NCBI GenBank assembly: GCA_030648835.1
Contig: JAUSGT010000001.1
Location: forward strand, 551 to 64,550
DNA: 64,000 bases
Direction of reading: 5' to 3'
DNA from: Candidatus Moraniibacteriota bacterium
GTDB lineage: Bacteria; Patescibacteriota; Minisyncoccia; Moranbacterales; UBA1568
Shown: piece after piece, positions 19,951-30,425 of the stretch
How the letters are laid out: each line of letters begins with the position of its first letter
Position numbering within the stretch: position 1 is the stretch's first letter
Position numbers and translations under genes: made by a program
The notes under the pieces: model-generated
The model's input: the letters and a program-made list of their open reading frames with translations, nothing else
What the model was told of the DNA's origin: nothing
Databases searched by the model: none

Positions 19951-22347
19951 ATGGAAAAAAATACAAAAACAGGCAAGAAAAAAAATTTATTTCGAATACT
20001 CTTCCCCTTTATGAAAGGTAGAACGGGAAAAATCCTTTCATTTTTCGCTTCGCGGAGGCGTGATTATTTTTTTGTGTTTCATTCTCTGATGCGGGGGAGG
20101 AAAAACATAAAAAAATACGCTTATTCCGGCGGACTGATTTTTCTTTTTGCTATCGTTCTCTCCTCGACCGTTTATTTTCAGGACCGGCGTTCTCATGAAT
20201 CTGCCTCGTCGGTGGAAGTTGGCTTTTTCTCTCTTTCTCCCAACGGTTCTCTCGGAGGTGAAATTCTCCCGGCTTCCTGCGAATCTGGTACTATTCATGA
20301 GATGTCTGGCTGTGACATGACCTTTTGGGCTGATAGCACATCACTGCCTTATGGCGGGAGTACCAGCTTACATTGGTACGTACCCACAGGGAATGTGAAT
20401 GCTTATGTCGGTGTTATGAATTCTCATCCCGGCTATCCCGATGGCTTGGAAATTGGTCATATTCAAAGCTGTGTTGCTTCGGGTGACTGGAGCGGTGATC
20501 AAAACGCCAGACCTTATCCTGAAACATACTCTTATTGGTCAACCATCGGTGGTGGTTATCATTTTTATGCTCGACAAAGTGACCCAGGCACAGGATCCTT
20601 AACTTCAACCAAGACGTATAATTTAACCTGCACCATCAACTATCCGGCTTCAGGGGGACAAGATGTGGTGACGAAAAGCGTGACGGTGAATGTTGCGCCG
20701 CATCCTCCCGCTGCCGCCATTTCTGCTGTGCCCAACACGATCCCGTGGAATAGCGCGTCTTTACTTATTTTGGACTCGCAATACTCTACGCGTTGTGGAC
20801 TGGGATATTATGACTATTCCGGAGTTTGGAACAATTCTTCGATAACTCCCAATACAACGATCTACCAATCCACGGGGCCGCTTACTGCCAATCGGACCTA
20901 TTATTTCACCTGTGACAATGGCACTCAAAGCAACCCTGGTGGTTGGCAGCCCGTTGCTATTACTGTTGATCCCGCGCCTACTTCATCCATTTCTGTCTCT
21001 CCTCCTAATCCCGTACCCAATGGCGCCAATCCTAGCTTCACGCTGAACACGAATGCCACAGCTTCTATCTGTTATGTCCGGCATATATTTCCGAATGGTG
21101 TGTGGGACTCGTGGGGTGTGGATAACGCCACCCCGGGTGCTCCGGGTGGAACGTACTATCCCGGACCACAAACCTATTCCGGTACTCATTATGCCGCTTC
21201 TTATTGCTACAATTCCCTTTGGAAGGGACCTACCGTCTGGACGTATACGGGCTTCACTGTTGATCCGGCGCCTACCGTCTCCGTCTCTATCTTACAGAAC
21301 CCTCCTGTACCTTACGGGAGCAACCCGGGTTTCAAACTGGAATCGCAAAATACCGCCGGAGGTACATGCTACATCCAAGTGGATGGTGCCTATCTCACTG
21401 ACGGAACTGATATCTATTTGCCCACATCTGGGACATTTTATCACGGTGCCTTTACCTCACCGGGAACGCATAATTACCGGGCCTTCTGTTACAATTCTGT
21501 AGGGTACGGTACTGGTTGGACGCCTCCAGCTCCGACGAATTATTATTATTTTACCGTCGACCCCGCTCCCACTGCCTCTATCTCTCCAAATGTGACCATA
21601 CCGTATGGGAGCAGTACCACACTCACTCTTTCCAATACCAACTCTTCAACGTGTTATCTGTACAGCACGGCCACTGGATGGGATTACACAAACCGTGCCG
21701 GTACCACCTCTTACAATACAAGCCCTCTGACCGCCACCACTTCCTATACATATCATTGTACGAATGGATATGTTTGGAGTGATAATTATCTTGGCGCTAA
21801 CAATCCAGGCTATCCATGGGCTACGGTTACTGTCGAACCGCCACTACAGCTGTGTCGTAATATAGGAGGAACCTATCAAAAAATTGCAACTCAGGGCGGC
21901 ACGGCTGGTTTTGAGTTGCTCGTTCATGGAGAAGAGTCTGCAATACTTAGGACATATCTCAATAATGCGAATAATTGTTCAGGAAGGGATATAACAGATC
22001 AAACAATTTTTGTCGAGAAAAATAATCCACAAGATGTTATCAGGGTAACTGGTTCGAATCCAAAAATTGTTGAAGCGACTTTGGATATATTACCTCCCAA
22101 AAAGCAGTCAGGAACAGAACGAATTGTTGTCTCCTATAACGGACAGGAGGTTAGTCGAGACATTAACGTTGATGTAGCTGTAGTAGAAAATTGTGTATGG
22201 GACTGTTCGCTAACAGAGAAAGACCATTGTTCAGTGGATGCCAATAATGAAAAGCTAAAGTACAAAGTAACTGACAGCTGCGACATCGAACAGTCTTGCG
22301 ACGGCAAAAGATACTGTGATTACAATTACAAGGAAGTGTCGCCGTAG
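19951..22347 (+). CDS. Large secreted/surface protein with tandem Ig-like repeats and the conserved Cys-rich C-terminal cassette (P1)
   Basis: 798 aa. Internal hydrophobic anchor, three tandem 'FTVDPAPT...' beta-sandwich-like repeats, and a C-terminus '...SCDGKRYCDYNYKEVSP'. The true start may be the internal MRGRKN. Confidence 0.6.
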   Translation: MEKNTKTGKKKNLFRILFPFMKGRTGKILSFFASRRRDYFFVFHSLMRGRKNIKKYAYSGGLIFLFAIVLSSTVYFQDRRSHESASSVEVGFFSLSPNGSLGGEILPASCESGTIHEMSGCDMTFWADSTSLPYGGSTSLHWYVPTGNVNAYVGVMNSHPGYPDGLEIGHIQSCVASGDWSGDQNARPYPETYSYWSTIGGGYHFYARQSDPGTGSLTSTKTYNLTCTINYPASGGQDVVTKSVTVNVAPHPPAAAISAVPNTIPWNSASLLILDSQYSTRCGLGYYDYSGVWNNSSITPNTTIYQSTGPLTANRTYYFTCDNGTQSNPGGWQPVAITVDPAPTSSISVSPPNPVPNGANPSFTLNTNATASICYVRHIFPNGVWDSWGVDNATPGAPGGTYYPGPQTYSGTHYAASYCYNSLWKGPTVWTYTGFTVDPAPTVSVSILQNPPVPYGSNPGFKLESQNTAGGTCYIQVDGAYLTDGTDIYLPTSGTFYHGAFTSPGTHNYRAFCYNSVGYGTGWTPPAPTNYYYFTVDPAPTASISPNVTIPYGSSTTLTLSNTNSSTCYLYSTATGWDYTNRAGTTSYNTSPLTATTSYTYHCTNGYVWSDNYLGANNPGYPWATVTVEPPLQLCRNIGGTYQKIATQGGTAGFELLVHGEESAILRTYLNNANNCSGRDITDQTIFVEKNNPQDVIRVTGSNPKIVEATLDILPPKKQSGTERIVVSYNGQEVSRDINVDVAVVENCVWDCSLTEKDHCSVDANNEKLKYKVTDSCDIEQSCDGKRYCDYNYKEVSP

Positions 22348-22450
22348 AGGGGGAGAGAGAATCGTGAGTTGAGAAAGATGTATCAAAAAAAAGGGGCACC
22401 ACTCGCCCCTTTTCGTGTTATAATGACAACAAACATATACACAAGTAATT

Positions 22451-24199
22451 ATGCGTATCGAACTTGATCAGCTCAAAAGTTTTTTGCTTGATTCTAATCT
22501 CATCCCCAAGGAAAAAGTGGAACAGGCAGCGGCAGAAGCCGAGAAGAATGAGAAAAATCTTGGGGTACTCCTTTTGGAGAAAAAACTCATTCAAGAAGTG
22601 GAGTTGCAGAAAGTGTACGCCTATATTCTGGGTATTCCGTTCGTGGATCTTTCCAAGGAAACCATACCGATCGAGATACTGCAGATTGTTCCGGAGCTCA
22701 TTGCCAAAAAATACAATATTGTTTCTTTCGAAAAAACCGGAGTCAATCTGAAGGTGGCCATGCTCAATCCCGAGGATCTCCAGACGATCGATTTCATCAA
22801 GAAAAAAACCGGCTTGAAAATTGTGCCGTGTCTCACCACTCAGGAGAGCATCCAGGCGATACTTCGTCAGTATGAGAAGAGTCTCAAAGCGGAGTTTGGC
22901 GACATTTTGACAGGGGAGATCAAACCGGACGGCGAGAGTCAGGACGATGAGGATCTCGAGCAAGTGGCTGCGGGTCTGCCCATCATCCGTATCGTGGATA
23001 CGCTTTTGAAACACGCCATTCTCGAATCGGCAAGCGATATCCATATCGAACCGGAAGAAAAAGAAGTGCATGTCCGTTATCGGATCGACGGCGTTTTGCA
23101 TGACGCGATGACTTTGCCCAAAGACGTGGCGGCCGGCATTGTGGCACGCATCAAAGTGCTCTCCAATTTGAAACTGGATGAACATCGTCTTCCACAGGAC
23201 GGGCGATTCAAGATCCAGAGTGACGAGTACAAGATCTCTTTCCGGGTCAGTATGTTGCCGGTGTTTGACGGGGAGAAAATTGTGATGCGTCTTCTGGACG
23301 AGACCTCCAAAGGGTTGACGCTCGAGAAAATGGGGCTGAATGGCCAGGCACTGGAAGCGGTACACCGGGAAATCAGCAAACCGAACGGTATGATCCTCGT
23401 CACCGGTCCGACCGGTTCCGGAAAAACAACGACGCTCTATACCGTGATGGATATTTTGAATACCCCGGAAGTGAATATCTCGACCGTCGAGGATCCGGTA
23501 GAATATCGGATGCCGCGCGTGAATCAGACACAGATCAATCCGAAAGTCGGGATGACGTTTGCCGCGGCGCTGCGCTCCCTTTTGCGTCAGGATCCGGACA
23601 TCATCATGGTGGGGGAAATTCGCGACCAAGAAACCCTGGAAATCGCCATGCACGCGGCGATGACGGGGCATCTGGTGCTTTCTACTCTCCATACCAACAA
23701 CGCGTCCGCGACATTGCCTCGGATGCTCGATATGGGAGCGGAACCGTTTCTCATCGCCTCAACGGTGAATGTCATTATCGCTCAGCGTCTCATCAGGCGC
23801 CTGTGTGTCGAATGCCGCAAGGCCTATCAGCTCGACAAAAAAGAAATCGAATCACTTCAAAAATTCTATACTATCGACGATATTTTCACCTATCTCAAAA
23901 ACGATCCTGCCAGTAAGAAATATGTCGAGAAGGCAAAGAGTTGGGAAGAAATTACCATGTACAAGCCGGTCGGCTGCGATAAGTGCGGAGGTGAAGGCTA
24001 TCATGGTCGCAACGGTATCTATGAGGTTCTGCCGATGACCGACGGTATCCGCAAGCTGGTGACGCAGTCGGCGTCGACCGAGATGATCGAGACCGAAGCC
24101 AAGAAGAGCGGGATGGCGACGATGGTGGAGGATGGTTTTTCAAAAATCGTGCAGGGGATGACCTCGCTCGAAGAAGTGATGCGCGCGACGAAGGAGTAG
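22451..24199 (+). CDS. pilB: Type II secretion / type IV pilus assembly ATPase (GspE/PilB family)
   Basis: 582 aa. N-terminal GSPII_E N-domain, Walker A 'GPTGSGKTTTLY', and the tetracysteine motif (CVEC...CDKCGGEG). Confidence 0.9.
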   Translation: MRIELDQLKSFLLDSNLIPKEKVEQAAAEAEKNEKNLGVLLLEKKLIQEVELQKVYAYILGIPFVDLSKETIPIEILQIVPELIAKKYNIVSFEKTGVNLKVAMLNPEDLQTIDFIKKKTGLKIVPCLTTQESIQAILRQYEKSLKAEFGDILTGEIKPDGESQDDEDLEQVAAGLPIIRIVDTLLKHAILESASDIHIEPEEKEVHVRYRIDGVLHDAMTLPKDVAAGIVARIKVLSNLKLDEHRLPQDGRFKIQSDEYKISFRVSMLPVFDGEKIVMRLLDETSKGLTLEKMGLNGQALEAVHREISKPNGMILVTGPTGSGKTTTLYTVMDILNTPEVNISTVEDPVEYRMPRVNQTQINPKVGMTFAAALRSLLRQDPDIIMVGEIRDQETLEIAMHAAMTGHLVLSTLHTNNASATLPRMLDMGAEPFLIASTVNVIIAQRLIRRLCVECRKAYQLDKKEIESLQKFYTIDDIFTYLKNDPASKKYVEKAKSWEEITMYKPVGCDKCGGEGYHGRNGIYEVLPMTDGIRKLVTQSASTEMIETEAKKSGMATMVEDGFSKIVQGMTSLEEVMRATKE

Positions 24200-24258
24200 C
24201 CAATTGCTTGATTACTTTCAAATTTTATTAATTTTTAAGCAGAGGGAATATAGGTAAG

Positions 24259-25713
24259 ATGAAATCAAAAAAGCAAAAATACAATTTGTTATTTTTGAAA
24301 ACTCTAGTGGCGGCAGTTTTTGTTTTCGTTCTGCCACTTTTTGTTTTTGCGCAGACATCCAATGAACCTACATCATTACCTGCACAAAATGTGGAAGTCA
24401 GTCCCTTGACGACATCGCCTCCGCCATCTTTCATTTCTCCAAACGCATTTCAAGGGCAGCCAACCGGACTCAGCTCCTGCTTTGACTATTACCGCTTCGG
24501 TTCCATACAGGTGAGTGTCTCGCCATCGCTCTCTCAAGTGATGCAGGGATCCGCTATCGCCTTCTCCGGTACCGTCACCAACCAAAATCACTATCCCATC
24601 ATTGATGCGACCGTCTACATCAAGATTTTTCATGATCGCACGGGCGGCGCAAAAAATATAAACGGTCCCGACGTGGTTGATTGGTTCCCCGCGGCTGAGC
24701 ACATCACGCTCAAAGCCGATGAATCGAAACCGCTCTCATTCGTCTGGCAGGTGCCGTATGACGCTGACCCGGGTGCGTATAAAGCGGCGATGTATGTGAC
24801 GGCATCCGACCGTTTCGAGCTCTCCGGCCTTGTCTTTACTGACGATGTCACGGGGTCTATGGAATCGTTCGATGTGGTTGGCAGCGCTTCTGGCGATACG
24901 CGCTTCGACAAAGCTAGAGTAACGATAAACGACATCCCCTTCTATTTTGCTGCGTTCCCTCCCACTATTGCGGCATCAACAAAGACCGTCACGGTGTCTG
25001 TCCCCGTAATGAATTCGTCCGCTCGATCTTACGCCGGAACGCTCTCTTGGAAACTCTATTACTGGGATCAGCTTCAGACAAATCATCTTATCGCGCAGTC
25101 GAGTGTCGCCATCAATCTTAATCCCGAAAGCGCCACGACGGTTTCGTATGTCGTGAATGATACTGCTCATGCAGTTTATTATCTCGTCGGCTCTCTCGAG
25201 AACTCGATGAGCGGTGCGAAGTCAATTATCGGCGTACGCTTCGTACGCGAAGGAGTTGCCGAACCGCGCATCAATGCGATGGGGGTAAGTGCCTATCCAC
25301 CCACGCAGGGTGCAACAGCTTTTGTCTGTGTGCACTCGACGAGCAATGATCTGTCCCAGAACGCGCGGGTGGAGTTGTCGGTAACGCCTGTTGGTTTTCT
25401 TGCCGGTCTTTTGGGGCCGCGTGCGCATACCGCCTATACAGGAATTATTCCGGGCGATATCTATGCACTCACCGCACCGATTGCGGGCAGAGCATCCTCT
25501 TTTGACCTCACCGCCTTCCTTTACGACGGACAGGGCGCTTTGGTTGATAGTGTGACGATACCGTATCGCTGTAGCGATCTCGGCGCAAAGTGCAATGATA
25601 TGACTTTGCCGATAATTCTTGGCACTCTTGCTATCGTCGTTATTATTGGCGCAATCATTATCGTCCGACGTCGGCATGCATATGCCCGACAACAGAATCA
25701 ATCAAACGTATGA
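24259..25713 (+). CDS. Cell-surface protein with a signal peptide and a C-terminal TM anchor plus basic tail
   Basis: 484 aa. Signal peptide 'VAAVFVFVLPLFVFAQT'. C-terminus 'LPIILGTLAIVVIIGAIIIVRRRHAYARQ'. Its stop overlaps the next start (ATGA). Confidence 0.6.
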   Translation: MKSKKQKYNLLFLKTLVAAVFVFVLPLFVFAQTSNEPTSLPAQNVEVSPLTTSPPPSFISPNAFQGQPTGLSSCFDYYRFGSIQVSVSPSLSQVMQGSAIAFSGTVTNQNHYPIIDATVYIKIFHDRTGGAKNINGPDVVDWFPAAEHITLKADESKPLSFVWQVPYDADPGAYKAAMYVTASDRFELSGLVFTDDVTGSMESFDVVGSASGDTRFDKARVTINDIPFYFAAFPPTIAASTKTVTVSVPVMNSSARSYAGTLSWKLYYWDQLQTNHLIAQSSVAINLNPESATTVSYVVNDTAHAVYYLVGSLENSMSGAKSIIGVRFVREGVAEPRINAMGVSAYPPTQGATAFVCVHSTSNDLSQNARVELSVTPVGFLAGLLGPRAHTAYTGIIPGDIYALTAPIAGRASSFDLTAFLYDGQGALVDSVTIPYRCSDLGAKCNDMTLPIILGTLAIVVIIGAIIIVRRRHAYARQQNQSNV

Positions 25714-27983
25714 GAAGTTATCGCGCGAATCAAAGCCGAACCATCTATTTTGTTTTTGCATTCGTGCTTACCGTGCTTTTGACGCCGGTGCGGAGCGAAG
25801 CAGCTTCGGCGACATGGAGCAAAACAATGTCAGACACATACCTTGCGTATGCCTGGAATAATGGCGGGTGTTCCGGAACAGGTGGTTATACGTTGGGGCT
25901 TGCGAATCCAAGCTTCGGTGTCACTTATAACGCTCAAGTTCTCTCATCGTCTGGGGTTCCTATAGCTTCTTCCGGTACAGTGACGAGCGGTCAGTCGGTC
26001 ATTCTCAAATTTCAACCTCACCAATCATCCGATATCTCGTGGTTTGGAACGGGGTATTCAACGGACACTCCTTTCGGCGAATGGGGGACTTCCGCTCCGG
26101 CGTTGACATGTGACAGCAAGGATCAGGTGACTACTTGGAGTATGTATGGAATACGGGCATACATCCCTCTGGTAATAGCTCCTCCGACACAGACGCTTTC
26201 AAATCTTTCCGGGCTCTCGTGCGGTGTTTTGACTCACAATAGTGATGGAAGCGACCAGACGACTTGCACCGTTACGGCAACGAGCGGCACTCTTTCTCCG
26301 ACTTTCGACTTTGCGGCGACTACGGGAACGCTTTATTACCGGTATGACAAGTATCCGTATAGTTGTACTCCAAATGCGTGTGTGGCAAATAATACTCCTA
26401 TGGCGCTTATGAATGCCGGTTCCGGGGCTACTATCGCAAACTGGTACCAAAAAGGAGGAACCATAGGAATAGGAGCTCTTTGGAATGCTTCTACCACTCC
26501 TTTTCAACTTTCCGTTACTGACCAAAGCATCTCATACAGTCTGACTGTTTCTCCGCCTGCCGCATCGCCAAATACACCAACAGTTACCTGTCCTGCTACT
26601 GCTACCGTCGGACAGAACGCCTTTTTCACCGTTACCGGGACAGACCCGAACGGTTTGACGATACGTTATGGTATGGACTGGACCGGTTCAAGTTCTACAC
26701 CTAATGAATGGACTCCTGTAAGCGGGTATGTGCTTTCCGGTACGCAAATGATGTTGATGCATACCTGGGCTTCTGCTGGTATCTACGGGGTTCGTGCACT
26801 TACGGAAAATTCACAGGGTGGACAATCCGGCTGGTCAACGGGTTGTACAGTGACCGTCACTCTTCCGCCGCCGCCAACTATACTTTTTGTCGTATCTCCG
26901 ACATCGGTTATAACATACGCGAGTTCGCTTACGGCTTCTATCGGAAGTGAAACTGCCGTGTTGTCATGGTATTCCATAGGCGCTACTTCGTGCACGGCTT
27001 CAGATTCGTGGTCCGGATCAAAAGATATCGGATTTATGCCAATAACGTGGGCGTCTTGGCAAGAAACAGTCGGGCCATATGCGACTGCAGGGAGCTACCT
27101 ATATACGCTTTCTTGTACTGGTTTAGGTGGTACTGTGTCGAAGACGGTGACAGTCACTGTCAACGACACTTTTCCCGTCACTACCTTCACCGGTACGTAT
27201 GCCGGACTACCAGCCCAAACGAATCTGACCACTCTCAACCTCCCAGTTGGCGGAGGCAGTGTCAATCTCAATTGGTCTGTCACGAATGCTGCTTCAGGAA
27301 TCTGTACCGGATACTCAACCACAGGAGTAACTGATTGGGCAACGACTGGAACTGACGGCAAACCAGTGACTGGCACAAATGTCTCAGTCACTGTCTCTGG
27401 TACAACGACATTTGATCTCGATTGTTGGAATACCTCTACAACCCCATGGGTAGCAGCCACTCGGCAGTCTGTCGTGGTGAATGTGGCTGTTCCCCCCTCC
27501 ACTCTCAAGATCTGCCAGGACTCTTGCCAAAACTCTTACCGTACTCCTCGTGGCCAAGGCGGCGCCACGACAAGCTTCAGCCTTGTCAAAGGCACTTCCC
27601 AAGACCTGGTTGCCTGCTACAATACTGTCTCTGACTGTTCTGATTCTTCAGGCGATGTTACAGCATCACCCGGTACTGTTTGGGCAGAAGATGCTTCTAA
27701 CAATATTATTTCCCTTTCTTCGGTTCTGGGCAAAGAACGTGTCACCGGCGACGCTCCTGGCACGGAAAACTTCACTGCCCAGTACAGCGGAGCAACCGCT
27801 ACGATGGCTGTTTCTGTCACCTGCGTTGAAACGGTGACATGCACCTCCGAACAAAACAAAGTCTGCTCCGGCAAAACAGTACCCGCCGGAACAACCCTTA
27901 CCGGAATTTGTGGGCCAGTCTACTGCGAAGGCAAGTCCGGCAAGAGATATTGCGACTTCAACTGGAAAGAAGTGGCTCCGTGA
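25710..27983 (+). CDS. Large secreted protein with Ig-like repeats, a Big_2-like domain and the conserved Cys-rich C-terminal cassette (P2)
   Basis: 757 aa with a signal peptide. Ig-like repeats fit the pattern 'S..L.W......C.....W.G....TYTL.C.G.GG..S.TVTV'. The C-terminus is 'CEGKSGKRYCDFNWKEVAP'. Confidence 0.65.
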   Translation: MRSYRANQSRTIYFVFAFVLTVLLTPVRSEAASATWSKTMSDTYLAYAWNNGGCSGTGGYTLGLANPSFGVTYNAQVLSSSGVPIASSGTVTSGQSVILKFQPHQSSDISWFGTGYSTDTPFGEWGTSAPALTCDSKDQVTTWSMYGIRAYIPLVIAPPTQTLSNLSGLSCGVLTHNSDGSDQTTCTVTATSGTLSPTFDFAATTGTLYYRYDKYPYSCTPNACVANNTPMALMNAGSGATIANWYQKGGTIGIGALWNASTTPFQLSVTDQSISYSLTVSPPAASPNTPTVTCPATATVGQNAFFTVTGTDPNGLTIRYGMDWTGSSSTPNEWTPVSGYVLSGTQMMLMHTWASAGIYGVRALTENSQGGQSGWSTGCTVTVTLPPPPTILFVVSPTSVITYASSLTASIGSETAVLSWYSIGATSCTASDSWSGSKDIGFMPITWASWQETVGPYATAGSYLYTLSCTGLGGTVSKTVTVTVNDTFPVTTFTGTYAGLPAQTNLTTLNLPVGGGSVNLNWSVTNAASGICTGYSTTGVTDWATTGTDGKPVTGTNVSVTVSGTTTFDLDCWNTSTTPWVAATRQSVVVNVAVPPSTLKICQDSCQNSYRTPRGQGGATTSFSLVKGTSQDLVACYNTVSDCSDSSGDVTASPGTVWAEDASNNIISLSSVLGKERVTGDAPGTENFTAQYSGATATMAVSVTCVETVTCTSEQNKVCSGKTVPAGTTLTGICGPVYCEGKSGKRYCDFNWKEVAP

Positions 27984-28073
27984 GGGGACTGGCGGTTTTC
28001 TATTCTTGGTGATTCTTCTGGATGGAGTATACTGAAAACAGTTACGTTTTATAAATGAAACATACACAAGAAT

Positions 28074-28646
28074 ATGCTTGAACAGTCTTCACGACCGTTG
28101 AAAGTTGCTCTATCAGTATTATGTGTCGTCATGCTTGCGGTGCTTGTTCTTGTTATTTTGGGAGAGAATGGGGTGCTCGGAAAGAAAACAGTAATTACCC
28201 AGCCCGCCGTTACTACGAGCCAGTCTCAACCACAAACTGTACAGCCGGTACCGCCGACAGAAGTGCGCAGAGTACTCGGTACGGTAGAAAAAGTTTCCGG
28301 TCAAGAGATCATGCTTAAGGATTTTAGGAAAATATCGAGTATTGTTACCGCTGTATCCGATCAATCGGAGCGTATGTTTGTCACCGTCGATCAGTCGACG
28401 ATTATTGAACGCTTTACGTATAAAGACGCAACAACCATAGCGAAAGAGCAGGATGCTTTTGTTAAAAATATTCAAGAAATACAACGACAAAACCCGTCTG
28501 TCCCTCCGACACCGCCGGAACCTTTTACGTTTGAAAAAATTACATTGAGTGATATCAAAATTGGTGACAAAGTTATGGCGTCTTTTGGGGAGGATATATC
28601 AAACCTTGCGACTTTCACAGCGACAAAAATAGAAGTACGAAATTAA
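28074..28646 (+). CDS. Small N-anchored hypothetical protein (paralog of the 19169 gene)
   Basis: 190 aa. N-terminus 'SSRPLKVALSVLCVVMLAVLVLVILGENGVLGKKTVIT'. Confidence 0.55.
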   Translation: MLEQSSRPLKVALSVLCVVMLAVLVLVILGENGVLGKKTVITQPAVTTSQSQPQTVQPVPPTEVRRVLGTVEKVSGQEIMLKDFRKISSIVTAVSDQSERMFVTVDQSTIIERFTYKDATTIAKEQDAFVKNIQEIQRQNPSVPPTPPEPFTFEKITLSDIKIGDKVMASFGEDISNLATFTATKIEVRN

Positions 28647-28650
28647 ATTT

Positions 28651-30411
28651 ATGAGATCAAACCATTTTCATCTAAAATTTATTGCAGTAGCGACATTGTT
28701 TTTGTTTGTTGGGATTTTCCCGATTCGACAGACTCATGCTGCTGCTGACGGCACCCTTTTTGGTTGGGGGATGAATTTCTACGGCAATCTCGGCTTAGGT
28801 TGGGCCAGCCACGGTTATAGCAATGCCCTAGGTTTTTCCCGTGACTATGTCCTTTCTCCGACCCAAGTCGGGATGGCAACAAATTGGGCCAGCATCTCGG
28901 CGGGAAACTTTTTTGTTATGGCCACAAAGGCCGACGGCACCCTGTGGGGTTGGGGGAATAATTCCTCCGGTCAGCTCGGTTTAGGCTACATTTCTAACCC
29001 GCCTTACTCTTGGGATTCTGGGTATTCTACCGGTATTTGGTCCCCGACCCAAGTCGGATCGGGAACAAATTGGGCCAATGTCGCGGCAGGGGACAGTTTC
29101 GTTTTAGCCGTAAAAACCGACGGCACCTTGTGGGCTTGGGGAGGTAATCCTGATGGACAACTTGGTTTAGGTGATACAATTAGTCGTTCGGTACCAACTC
29201 GGGTCGGGACAGATACAAATTGGTCTGGTGCTGTGGGGAAGATTTCCGGAGGATATGCAAATTCTGCGGCTGTAAAAACAGACGGTACTATTTGGGTTTG
29301 GGGAAGTGATGTATTTGGCGAGCTCGGTCAAGGCAACACCAATGGTGCCATCAGTCGCTATTATCCGACCCAAGTCGGAACGGCGACGAATTGGGACAAA
29401 GTTTCGGCGATGGGTCAATTTACCGTTTTAGCCACCAAGACCGACGGCACCCTTTGGGCTTGGGGAGATAATATGTATGGCCAGGTTGGTCCCGGGTATG
29501 TCGACTACTCTGGTAATGGTCAACATTCTGTACCGGCTCAAGTTGGGACGGGGACAAATTGGAGTAGTATTGGTCAGGGAGATACATACTCTATGGCTTT
29601 AAAGAGGGATGGCACTATGTGGGTCTGGGGTAGGGTTTCTATCCCGTTCGCCGTCAATTGTGATGTGTCGGGCTGCTATGGGATGACAGGTTCTCCGACC
29701 CAAGTTGGGACGGCAACGGATTGGCGTAGTTTTGGAGCATATCCCTATCCCACCAGCGTGGCTGCTATAAAGACAGACGGTACCCTGTGGGATTGGGGGA
29801 ATAATTGGTATGGTAATCTCGGCTTAGGTGATACCGTCACTCGCAATTCCCAGACCCAGGTCGGAACGGGAACAAATTGGGACAGCGTTACGTCGGGCAT
29901 ATATGGAACTATGGCAATAACAGGCACACCTCCTCCTCCAACCACCCTCAAAGCATGCGTGAGCTCCTGTACTACGACGGGAGCCAGTGCCATCACGAAT
30001 TTGACTATGGCTTACAATAGTACGAGTACTATCGCAGCTTGTTACAACACCGCCGCAGCCTGTGATGCGCCCGATAACACTGGGAATGTTACTCTTTCTT
30101 CTGCATGGGCAGAGTCCGGGACAGACGTTGTTTCTCTCTCGGATCAAAGCAATAGTACGAAGAAATTCCAATCAGGAACAGCATATGGCACGGAAACAAT
30201 CACTATCACATATCTGACACAATCAGTAACACTGAATGTGACCGTACCTTGCATCGAAACGATGACATGCGCTGCTGAACAGACAAAAGTCTGTTCCGAT
30301 AAAACAGTGCCCACTGGAAAAACTCTTTCCGGAATCTGTGGAACAGTCGACTGCGGCGGCAAGCCTGGCAAGAGGTATTGTGATTTCAACTGGAAAGAAG
30401 TGGCGCCGTAG
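28651..30411 (+). CDS. Secreted RCC1-repeat (beta-propeller) protein with Big_2-like domain and the conserved Cys-rich C-terminal cassette (P3)
   Basis: 586 aa with a signal peptide. At least seven 'DGT[LI]W[AGV]WG.N..GQLGLG' RCC1 repeats. The C-terminus 'CGGKPGKRYCDFNWKEVAP' is about 70% identical to the P2 tail. Confidence 0.7.
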   Translation: MRSNHFHLKFIAVATLFLFVGIFPIRQTHAAADGTLFGWGMNFYGNLGLGWASHGYSNALGFSRDYVLSPTQVGMATNWASISAGNFFVMATKADGTLWGWGNNSSGQLGLGYISNPPYSWDSGYSTGIWSPTQVGSGTNWANVAAGDSFVLAVKTDGTLWAWGGNPDGQLGLGDTISRSVPTRVGTDTNWSGAVGKISGGYANSAAVKTDGTIWVWGSDVFGELGQGNTNGAISRYYPTQVGTATNWDKVSAMGQFTVLATKTDGTLWAWGDNMYGQVGPGYVDYSGNGQHSVPAQVGTGTNWSSIGQGDTYSMALKRDGTMWVWGRVSIPFAVNCDVSGCYGMTGSPTQVGTATDWRSFGAYPYPTSVAAIKTDGTLWDWGNNWYGNLGLGDTVTRNSQTQVGTGTNWDSVTSGIYGTMAITGTPPPPTTLKACVSSCTTTGASAITNLTMAYNSTSTIAACYNTAAACDAPDNTGNVTLSSAWAESGTDVVSLSDQSNSTKKFQSGTAYGTETITITYLTQSVTLNVTVPCIETMTCAAEQTKVCSDKTVPTGKTLSGICGTVDCGGKPGKRYCDFNWKEVAP

Positions 30412-30425
30412 GAAAAGTATTTCAG

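Noticed and set aside
22418-23692. 424 aa minus-strand ORF fully antisense to pilB
   Set aside because: It overlaps a strongly conserved GspE/PilB gene. Its composition is H/R/F-rich and low complexity, with no recognisable motif. It is a typical antisense artefact.
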